Shown in pieces: positions 18,761 to 25,617 of a stretch of DNA of 25,617 bases. This DNA is from Planctomycetia bacterium (GTDB taxonomy: Bacteria; Planctomycetota; Planctomycetia; Pirellulales; UBA1268): the NCBI GenBank assembly GCA_046090365.1, contig JBJSZP010000411.1, positions 1 through 25,617 of the forward strand, written 5' to 3'. The position numbers and the translations under genes are program-made. Position 1 is the first letter of the stretch. The number at the start of each line of letters is the position of its first letter. The notes beneath the pieces are model-generated. The model searched no databases. It had not been told where the DNA came from and was given only the letters and a program-made list of their open reading frames with translations.

Positions 18761-21523
18761 CTACGTCTCCGCGGTCGCACCGCCGGGCCGGAGCAACGCC
18801 AGGATCGCCGGCAGGAGGATGAGCGAGGTCACGGTGCAGGCGGTGACGCCGAGCGTGAGCACGCGGCCGAGGCTTTCGAGACCGCGGTGGCTGGCCACCA
18901 TCAGGGCGCCGAAACCGAGGATCGTGGTCAGCGCGTCGACGAGCACGGAGTTGGCCGTCGAGGCGCTGATCGCGTAGGGGCCGGGCCGTTCAAGGTAGTC
19001 GTGGACGATGTGCACGCCGTAGTCGACCGCGATGCCGAGGATCAGCGGGATGCCGATGAGATTGGCGGGATTGAGGTCGATGCCCACGAGGCCCATCAGG
19101 CCGAGCGTCTGCGCCATGCCCACGGCCAGGGGCAGCGCCGCCAGGAACGAGTGGGCGAGGCTCCGGAAATCGAGCCACAACACCGCGAGGATCACGACGA
19201 GCGAGTAGAGCGCGGCCTGCTCGTAGCTGCGCTTCATCTCGAGCGACGCCTCGTAGGCCTGGAGGGGATTGCCGGTGGCCCGCGGGTCGACGCCGCGGAC
19301 GTCCTTCACAAACGTCTCGAGCGCCGCGAAGTCCCAGATGTCGCCGCGGCCGTAGATCTTGAGCAGATGCCGGCCGTTCTGCCCCACGAATCGCTCCACG
19401 AGGCTCGGCGGCAGGTCTTCGAGCGACGGGGGTTCGGGGTCGGCGACGCCGGCGAGGGCGTGGAGCCGGCTCAGGAGCTCGCCGGCCGATCGCTGTTGGA
19501 ACGTGGCCAACGCCCGGGCGCATTCCTCCGGGCCGAGGCGGCGCAGCGCGTCGCGGGCCCGCTCGAGGTGCCAGGCGGTGCGCAGCGCGCCGGGCCGTTT
19601 CGATGCCTCCGTCTGCGCCCAGGCGAGCGTCTCGCCCACCTGGTCGAGCCGATCGAGCGGGATCTCGGGCGGCCGCTCCGGGAGCGTGGCCAGCCGCATT
19701 TGAATCCGCTCGATGAGCGGTCGCTTCAGATCTTCGTCGACTGGCAGGAGCGATGCGATCTCGTCGACCCGCTCCACGCTCGGCAGCGCCTGCAGCCGCT
19801 CCTTGCGGTCGAGGAGTTCCTCGCGGGAGTCGGCGATCGACAGGGCATACCACACGCTCTGGTCGCACTCGGCGAGCAGTTTCTTTTCGATCTCCACGCT
19901 CTCGAGGCCGTCGGGCTGCATGTTGAGCAGGTTGTGGTCGTAGTCCAGGTCGTGCAGGCCCGACGCCACCGCCATCGTGCCGGCCATCGCGGCCAGGGCC
20001 ACAAACCGCGGATAGCGGAAGATCGGGGCGAGCCACGCATGCACCGGCACCGGCATCGGGATGCGGCGGCCGAGCGGCCCACGGTCGACGACGGCCACGA
20101 CGGCCGGCAGCACGAGCAGTTCGGCGAGGCAGCAGAGGAGGATGCCGCCGCCGGCGATCAGGCCGAGCTCGGCCACGCCCACGAAGCTCGTGAGGGCCGC
20201 GGCGAAGAAGGCGACGGCCGTGGTGATAGCGCCGGTGAGGATGCCCGGCCCGACCGAGGCGCTTGTCTCGAGGAGCGCCGCTTCGCAGTCGAGGCCACGC
20301 CGGCGGAGCTCGAGGTAGCGGCCGATGTAGTACGTGCCGTAGTCGATCCCCACGCCGATCATCGTCACGGTGAACGTGACGCTGAGGATGTTGAGGTGCC
20401 CGACGCTCGCCGTCGCCCAGGCAAAGGCCCAGGCCATGCCGATCACGAGCACGCCGTTGGCCATCAGCGCGTGCCGCACGCCGCCGAACCCGGCGATGAT
20501 CACGAGCGCCACGGCTGCGAGCGAAAGCCCGCTCGCCCACACCATCGACTGCTGGCTGGCCCGCATCTCGTCGTCTTCCATGACCGGCAGCCCCGTGAGG
20601 CCGATCGTCACGTCCGGGTGCCGGTCGCCGACCAGCGCGATCACGCGGCGCAACTCGTCCGTGGCGGCCGACGCGCCGGCGAACCCGCCCGGAGCCTTCG
20701 CCAGCCGGAGGAGCACGAAGCCCAGCCGGCCATCCTTGGCGAGGAGGTGTTCGCTCGAGAGGTCGCGGAGCGTCGAGAGCGACTCGGGCATGGCCGGCCA
20801 GGGCGACACGTAGTCGGCCGTCGCGGATTCGCCCGGCCGGGCGACCGCCTCGAGCCCGGCCACGAGGCTCTCGCTGTAGCGCTCGAGGGCCGAGGTCGGA
20901 TCCTCGCGCTGCGCCCGCGTGCCGGCAGGCCCGCCGGCCACCATCTGGCCTGCGAGGCCGCCCACCATCGTCGTCACCGTCAGTTGGCCCCAGCCGCCGT
21001 CGAGGATCGGCCGCGTGCGCTCGATGAACCGGTCAATCTCCGCCAGGTCGGCCGGGGAAAGATAGTGCAGCCCCTTGGCGCGGATCTTCGAGAGATCGAC
21101 CTCGTGGAGCACCGAGCGGAAGAGCTCGCCGTTGCGGGCGACCTCAGCCGAGACCTCCTCGAGCACCTGGACGACGGCGGTCCGCGAGGGGCCCTCGACG
21201 ACGACGACGGCGTCTTCATCGGCGCCGAATTCCGCGATGTAGTCGATCCACAGCTTGTTGTATTCGCTGTCGGGATCGAGCAGGTCGGTGCGGCTCACCT
21301 TGTAGCCGAGCGACTGCGCGGTGAACACGCCTGCGGCGACTGCCGACAGCACGGCCGTGAGCACCACGAGCGGCGCGGCCCGCAGGCAGAGCCGCGTCCA
21401 GGCCACGAGCCCGCGGCCGAGCAGGCTCGGAGATGCGTGGCTGCCGTCGTTCGGCTCGGGCGCCGCCGCCGCGAGCAGATTCGGCACGGGATCGGCGTCA
21501 TCGTGTGACGGCATCGGGGGCAA
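18761..21523 (-). CDS. MMPL/RND family transporter (HpnN-like)
   Basis: 920 aa; two TM blocks (IGLTGLP, LNILSVTFTVTMIGVGIDYG; LNPANLIGIPLILGIAVDYGVH), LDYDHNLLNMQ. Confidence 0.92.
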   Translation of the reverse strand: MPPMPSHDDADPVPNLLAAAAPEPNDGSHASPSLLGRGLVAWTRLCLRAAPLVVLTAVLSAVAAGVFTAQSLGYKVSRTDLLDPDSEYNKLWIDYIAEFGADEDAVVVVEGPSRTAVVQVLEEVSAEVARNGELFRSVLHEVDLSKIRAKGLHYLSPADLAEIDRFIERTRPILDGGWGQLTVTTMVGGLAGQMVAGGPAGTRAQREDPTSALERYSESLVAGLEAVARPGESATADYVSPWPAMPESLSTLRDLSSEHLLAKDGRLGFVLLRLAKAPGGFAGASAATDELRRVIALVGDRHPDVTIGLTGLPVMEDDEMRASQQSMVWASGLSLAAVALVIIAGFGGVRHALMANGVLVIGMAWAFAWATASVGHLNILSVTFTVTMIGVGIDYGTYYIGRYLELRRRGLDCEAALLETSASVGPGILTGAITTAVAFFAAALTSFVGVAELGLIAGGGILLCCLAELLVLPAVVAVVDRGPLGRRIPMPVPVHAWLAPIFRYPRFVALAAMAGTMAVASGLHDLDYDHNLLNMQPDGLESVEIEKKLLAECDQSVWYALSIADSREELLDRKERLQALPSVERVDEIASLLPVDEDLKRPLIERIQMRLATLPERPPEIPLDRLDQVGETLAWAQTEASKRPGALRTAWHLERARDALRRLGPEECARALATFQQRSAGELLSRLHALAGVADPEPPSLEDLPPSLVERFVGQNGRHLLKIYGRGDIWDFAALETFVKDVRGVDPRATGNPLQAYEASLEMKRSYEQAALYSLVVILAVLWLDFRSLAHSFLAALPLAVGMAQTLGLMGLVGIDLNPANLIGIPLILGIAVDYGVHIVHDYLERPGPYAISASTANSVLVDALTTILGFGALMVASHRGLESLGRVLTLGVTACTVTSLILLPAILALLRPGGATAET

Positions 21524-21746
21524 GGCTCTCGAGGCTGGGCGGGGCGGCGATCGTAGGGGACGGGCGCGTCATGGCCAACGTCCACTGCGGGGAGGCCTGG
21601 CAAGCGGGGAAGGGTGGGCAAGCCCGTGCGGGGGCACGGTGCAGACGACGCGGGAAATGACTGTTTTGGAACGGTGCCCGAGGCCGAAAAGTCTCCGGCA
21701 CCGTCACGCCTCGACAGGGGCGGGATGGTGGTTCGGGGGGGAAGTC

Positions 21747-22661
21747 ATGCCAGTGCTTCGTGGATCGTGGATGGGATTGGCAGCCGTGCTCGCGGTGTTT
21801 GCCGGCACGCGGTTGCCAGCTGCTGAGCCTGCCGTGGCGGCGAACCTCGTGGCGGCGTGGAACGACGGTGGCTCGTCGAGCCGTGAGGCCCGGCGGCAGG
21901 CGATCGACAGCCTGCCGCTCGAGCGGATGACCGATCCCGCGCGGCGCACCGTCGAGAAGGCGCTGCGGGAGACCACGCTCTATCGCCGTCTGCCCGTGCA
22001 GACGTTCACGTGCGACGAGGCGCTGCTCGAGTTTGCGCTCGCCCATCCGGAGGCGATCGTCGACGTGTGGCGGGTGCTCGGCATCAGCCGCCTGTCGCTC
22101 GATCCGGCCGGGCCGCAGCAGTGGCGGCTCTCCGACGGCTACGGCACCGTCGGGGCCCTGCGGCTCATGCACCGGGAACGCCGCGGGCCCGGCGGCCTGC
22201 TCGTGTTCCATGGCCGCGGCGGCTATTCGGGAACGCTCGCACCGAAGCCGCTCACCGGCGGCTGCCTGATCCTCGTGCAGCATCACCCGGAGCCACCGGC
22301 GGCCGGCGGAGGCCACCGGCAGACCGTGCAGATCGACGCCTTCCTCGACGTCGATGGGATGGGCCTCGAACTCGTCACCCGCACGCTCCAGCCGCTGATC
22401 GTGCGTTCCGCCGCCATGAATCTCGGCGAGGTGTGCCTCTTCATGGAGTCGCTCTCCGCCGCCGCGGAGCGAAACCCGGCCGGCGTGGTGCGGCTCACCG
22501 AGCGGCTCGCCCGCACCGACCCGGCCCAACGGGCGACGTTCGCGAACATCGCCCGCGCCGCCGGCGCGAACGCAGGCCGCGTTGGCGATCCCGAGGCGGT
22601 GCAAGCCGAACTGGCCGCCCGCTGGCTGCCTGCAGAGGACGTCGACACGCTGCGGCGGTGA
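21747..22661 (+). CDS. Exported hypothetical protein
   Basis: Long ORF with a signal-peptide-like start MPVLRGSWMGLAAVLAVFAG and natural residue composition; upstream extension to 21321 overlaps the MMPL gene and was discarded. Confidence 0.8.
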   Translation: MPVLRGSWMGLAAVLAVFAGTRLPAAEPAVAANLVAAWNDGGSSSREARRQAIDSLPLERMTDPARRTVEKALRETTLYRRLPVQTFTCDEALLEFALAHPEAIVDVWRVLGISRLSLDPAGPQQWRLSDGYGTVGALRLMHRERRGPGGLLVFHGRGGYSGTLAPKPLTGGCLILVQHHPEPPAAGGGHRQTVQIDAFLDVDGMGLELVTRTLQPLIVRSAAMNLGEVCLFMESLSAAAERNPAGVVRLTERLARTDPAQRATFANIARAAGANAGRVGDPEAVQAELAARWLPAEDVDTLRR

Positions 22662-22802
22662 GGCTCGGGGCTGCCCACGCCCTCTCGCTTGACGTTCGCC
22701 TCGGCCCTCCCGGCCTCGGCTCTCTGCATGTCCGCTTCGCTTCGCCATCCATGGCTTCGCTCGCTCCCATAGCCCGCTCGAGGGCATGGGCAGCCCCTCG
22801 CC
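22662..22802 (+). mobile_element. Unit U2 copy B (stand-alone) between convergent genes
   Basis: Begins at the base after the upstream TGA; GGCTCGGGGCTGCCCACGCCCT...AGGGCATGGGCAGCCCC; about 89% identical to the reverse complement of 17854-17995. Confidence 0.8.
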
Positions 22803-22812
22803 AAGCCGTTCG

Positions 22813-23643
22813 TTATTTGTCGGCGTCTTCTATCGGCGCGTCGGCAGGCTTCTCTTCTGCCGGCTTCTCTTCCGCGGGCTTTGCATCCGCTGCGGGCGCG
22901 TCGGCCGGGGCGTCGGCTGCGGGTGCGGGGGCCGTGAGGGCGTCGAGCGGGCTCGCCTCGCCGTCTGGTGCCGCGTCGGCCGGTGCCTCTTCGGTGGCGG
23001 TGGTGGCGGATGGCGGGGCGAGCGCCGCGGCCACGGCCTTCGCGGCCGCCTTCGCCGCTTCGTCGATCTTTCCCTTCGGTGCCCGGGCCTCCACCGTGTA
23101 CATCCGCCCGCCGATCACGACGGCGTAGCTCCAGCGTTCGATCGGCTCGCTGATGCCATCGACCTTCGCCGACCCGGGGATGCCCCAGAAGGCGCCCAGG
23201 TGCGGCCCCACTTTCACCGCGGAGGACTTCTTCAGCGGCTTCGCCTTGCCGAGCGCGGCGGCCACGCCCTCCGCGATGCCGGCGGCGAAAGCCTGGTGAT
23301 TCTCGGCCGTCACCTCCGTGAACTCCGGTGGTGCCGCCTCGGCCGTGACGAGGATCTTCGGGTAGGTCTTCTTCGGGCCGGGCTGATACTTGACGAGGCA
23401 GTCCTTCGTGCGCGGCAGCCGCGTCCAGCCCGTCGGCGAGGCGACGGCGATCCGGCCGTCGTCGACCGCCAGCGCCGTATCGAGGTCGACGGCGGGCAGC
23501 TTGCCGCCCGCCGTGCCGCCGCCCGACTTCTTCTTCGTGGCCTTCCCGCCGCAGCCGACGGCAACCGTGAACGACAGGCACACGAGGCACACGAACAGCA
23601 GCCGCCCGAGCCGAGCAGTGTCCACCGCGGCGGTTTCGGCCAT
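22813..23643 (-). CDS. Putative lipoprotein with an acidic Ala/Pro-rich tail
   Basis: Hydrophobic stretch ending in lipobox-like VAVG-C; globular core; PAEEK repeats; 11 nt downstream of the previous stop with an AGGAA SD-like sequence. Confidence 0.75.
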   Translation of the reverse strand: MAETAAVDTARLGRLLFVCLVCLSFTVAVGCGGKATKKKSGGGTAGGKLPAVDLDTALAVDDGRIAVASPTGWTRLPRTKDCLVKYQPGPKKTYPKILVTAEAAPPEFTEVTAENHQAFAAGIAEGVAAALGKAKPLKKSSAVKVGPHLGAFWGIPGSAKVDGISEPIERWSYAVVIGGRMYTVEARAPKGKIDEAAKAAAKAVAAALAPPSATTATEEAPADAAPDGEASPLDALTAPAPAADAPADAPAADAKPAEEKPAEEKPADAPIEDADK

Positions 23644-23654
23644 GTCGGCGTTCC

Positions 23655-24002
23655 TTACTCCGAGATCGCTTCCTTCACGAGCTGCACGAAGTGCTGCGAC
23701 CGCGACGACGCCGTCAGGTCGGCGGCCTTCTTGTCGGCGGCCTTCTTGTCGGCGTATTCGAAGAGCACGAGCCGCTTCATCGACGGGTTGAACACGCCCC
23801 AGTAGGCCTTCATCCGGACCTCCTTGGCGACCTTCTTGCGGGAGGCCTTCTTGGCGGCGGGCTTCTTCGGCTCCTTGGCGGCCTTCTCCTTCTTCTCCTT
23901 GGCCGGCTTCTCCTTGGCGGCCTTCTTCGTCGTCTTGGCGCGGGCCTCCGCCGCGTCCGCCTGGGCCCTGAGTTCCTTGCGATTCACCACTTTTCGCGCC
24001 AT
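23655..24002 (-). CDS. Small Lys/Ala-rich hypothetical protein (histone H1-like low-complexity segment)
   Basis: 115 aa, 26 Lys; KKAAKEKPAKEKKEKAAKEPKKPAAKK segment followed by a folded-looking YWGVFNPSMKRLVLFEY...HFVQLVKE tail. Confidence 0.85.
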   Translation of the reverse strand: MARKVVNRKELRAQADAAEARAKTTKKAAKEKPAKEKKEKAAKEPKKPAAKKASRKKVAKEVRMKAYWGVFNPSMKRLVLFEYADKKAADKKAADLTASSRSQHFVQLVKEAISE

Positions 24003-24076
24003 GTCGCCCCGTGATCCTTCCGAAATGAAGAGGTATGGGAGGCGGAGTCGGACTGCTGCCGTCCCGCCGCGGCGGC

Positions 24077-24082
24077 AGTATA
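24077..24082 (-). promoter_or_regulatory. Putative -10 (TATACT) for the small basic protein/lipoprotein operon
   Basis: TATACT on the minus strand about 75 nt upstream of ATG 24002, divergent from the nadA promoter. Confidence 0.4.
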
Positions 24083-24112
24083 GCGGTCCCGCCCCCCCGC
24101 CGCACGGCGATC

Positions 24113-24118
24113 TATACT
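24113..24118 (+). promoter_or_regulatory. Putative -10 (TATACT) of a leaderless nadA transcript
   Basis: 7 nt upstream of ATG 24126; no SD. Confidence 0.6.
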
Positions 24119-24125
24119 TTCCCGC

Positions 24126-25268
24126 ATGAGCACCGCCGCCGACCCCGTGCCCCGCGCCGCCCCCTTCCCGGCCTACCGCAGCCTCGAGGACGCCGAACTC
24201 TCCGACCGCATCGAGGCGGTGCGGCGCCGCATGGGCCCGCGGCTCGTGATCCTCGGCCACCACTACCAGCAGGATGGCGTGATCGCCCACGCCGACTTCC
24301 AGGGCGACAGTTACCAGCTGTCGAAGTCGGCCGCGGAGCGGTCCGGCTGCGAGGCGATCGTGTTCTGCGGCGTGCACTTCATGGCCGAGACGGCCGACAT
24401 CCTCGCCAACCGCCCCGAGCAGGTGGCGGCCCGCGGCGGCCGCCGCGTCAGCGTCGTGCTTCCCGACATGGCCGCCGGCTGCTCGATGGCCGACATGGCG
24501 GGGATCGAGCAGGTGGAAGACGCCTGGGCCGACCTCGGCACCGTGATCGACACCTCCGACATCACGCCCGTCACCTACATCAACTCGGCGGCGAGCCTCA
24601 AGGCCTTCTGCGGCCGGCACGGGGGGATCGTGTGCACGTCGAGCAACGCCCGGGCCGTGCTCGACTGGTCCTTCGCCCGCTCGCGCCGCGTGCTCTTCTT
24701 CCCCGACCAGCACCTCGGCCGCAACACGGCCCGGAAGATGGGCGTGCCGCTCGATGAGATGTGCGTCTGGAACCCCCACGACCCGTCGCTCGGCGGCAAC
24801 ACGACGGCGCAGCTCGAGAAGAGCCGCGTCATCCTCTGGCAGGGGCACTGCAGCGTGCACGCCATGTTCAAGCCGGAGCACGTCGACGCGATGCGGGCGA
24901 ACCTTCCGGGCGTGAAGGTGCTCGTCCACCCGGAGTGCTCGATGGAGGTGGTGGACAAGGCCGACCTCGTCGGCTCGACGAGCTACATCCTCAAGCAGGT
25001 CGAGACCGCCCCCGCCGGCAGCGTGTGGGCGATCGGCACCGAACTGCACCTCGTGAAGCGGCTCGAGCAGCGGCATCCCGAGCAGACGGTCCGTTTTTTG
25101 TCGCCAGTCGTATGCACGTGCGCCACGATGTATCGCATCGACCTCGCCCACCTCTGCTGGAGCCTCGAGCACCTCGAGCGGGGCAAGCCCGTGAACGTGA
25201 TCCGCGTCGACGATGAGACGGCCACATGGGCGCTGACGGCGCTCGAGCGAATGCTCAAGGTGTCGTGA
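24126..25268 (+). CDS. nadA: Quinolinate synthase
   Basis: ILGHHYQ, FCGVHFMAETA, AGCSMADMA, TYINS, CTSSNA, PDQHLGRN, GHCSVH, HPEC, CTCATM (three Fe-S Cys). Confidence 0.98.
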   Translation: MSTAADPVPRAAPFPAYRSLEDAELSDRIEAVRRRMGPRLVILGHHYQQDGVIAHADFQGDSYQLSKSAAERSGCEAIVFCGVHFMAETADILANRPEQVAARGGRRVSVVLPDMAAGCSMADMAGIEQVEDAWADLGTVIDTSDITPVTYINSAASLKAFCGRHGGIVCTSSNARAVLDWSFARSRRVLFFPDQHLGRNTARKMGVPLDEMCVWNPHDPSLGGNTTAQLEKSRVILWQGHCSVHAMFKPEHVDAMRANLPGVKVLVHPECSMEVVDKADLVGSTSYILKQVETAPAGSVWAIGTELHLVKRLEQRHPEQTVRFLSPVVCTCATMYRIDLAHLCWSLEHLERGKPVNVIRVDDETATWALTALERMLKVS

Positions 25269-25280
25269 CGCGGGCTACGA

Positions 25281-25327
25281 GTAAGACAGGCGTCCTGCCT
25301 GTCAGTGGGATGGGCTTCAGCCTGTCA
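25281..25327 (+). repeat. Two tandem REP-like units, GACAGGC family
   Basis: GTAA-GACAGGC-GTCCT-GCCTGTC-A and GTGG-GATGGGC-TTCA-GCCTGTC-A. Confidence 0.75.
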
Positions 25328-25348
25328 CTGGCTCAACTCGTGCGCGCC

Positions 25349-25491
25349 GGCTCGGGGTTGCCCCGTACCACCTCGCCGGACGCTCACTGCGCCCCTCCAT
25401 GGGCTTCGTTCGCTCGGAGTCACAGGCGCTGCGCCATCCATGGCTCCGCTGGTGACTCACGCCGGCTTAGTGGTAGGGGCAACCCCGAGCC
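25349..25491 (+). mobile_element. Unit U2 copy C (diverged, 143 bp)
   Basis: 16-bp perfect TIR GGCTCGGGGTTGCCCC/GGGGCAACCCCGAGCC plus inner TACCAC/GTGGTA; shares TCGCCGGACG...CCCTCCA and GCCATCCATGGC boxes with the other copies. Confidence 0.75.
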
Positions 25492-25516
25492 TCCTCTTTC
25501 CTGATTCAGTTGAGGA

Positions 25517-25617
25517 GGCTTCGGGCTCCCCGTGTCCTGGAGCAGGCGTATGTAGGCAAGCGCAGCCCGGGCACCGATTCGCCGAAGGCGAATTGGTCGT
25601 GCGCAGCGCAGCCGGAG
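25517..25617 (+). mobile_element. Unit U1 second copy, truncated by the window end
   Basis: 25517-25567 is identical to the reverse complement of 17783-17833; 25605-25617 matches the reverse complement of 17595-17607; different 37-bp cargo in between. Confidence 0.75.

Noticed and set aside
21671-21704. Hairpin ACGGTGCC...GGCACCGT upstream of the 21747 gene
   Set aside because: A single GC-rich stem with no repeat elsewhere and no riboswitch motif; not distinguishable from background.

Overview
GC-rich housekeeping-type window, most likely from a planctomycete (inferred from gene content and protein styles). It holds a 3'-truncated uvrA, tRNA-Ala(CGC), an ECF sigma/anti-sigma pair, an alpha/beta hydrolase, a TPR protein, pyrE, an nfeD-nfeD-floA-hypothetical operon, an SH3-like exported protein, a PolB-like 3'-5' exonuclease coupled to a Gfo/Idh/MocA oxidoreductase, a rhomboid protease, a thioredoxin-like protein, an MMPL/HpnN-like transporter, several hypotheticals and nadA. 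No transposase, integrase or CRISPR array was seen. The most unusual content is non-coding: a modular family of palindromic elements. (i) A ~142-bp unit (U2) with terminal inverted repeats occurs 3 times and shows compensatory base changes. (ii) A related unit (U1) has conserved arms around variable hairpin cargo bounded by GGCTGCGCT direct repeats. (iii) A mosaic REP-U2-spacer-U1 occurs twice in opposite orientations. (iv) An ~82-bp module of the U1 cargo also sits in-frame inside uvrA, which carries a second, unrelated in-frame palindrome. Three GTAG-type REP families are present, and four genes look leaderless. All alignments and folds were done by eye.
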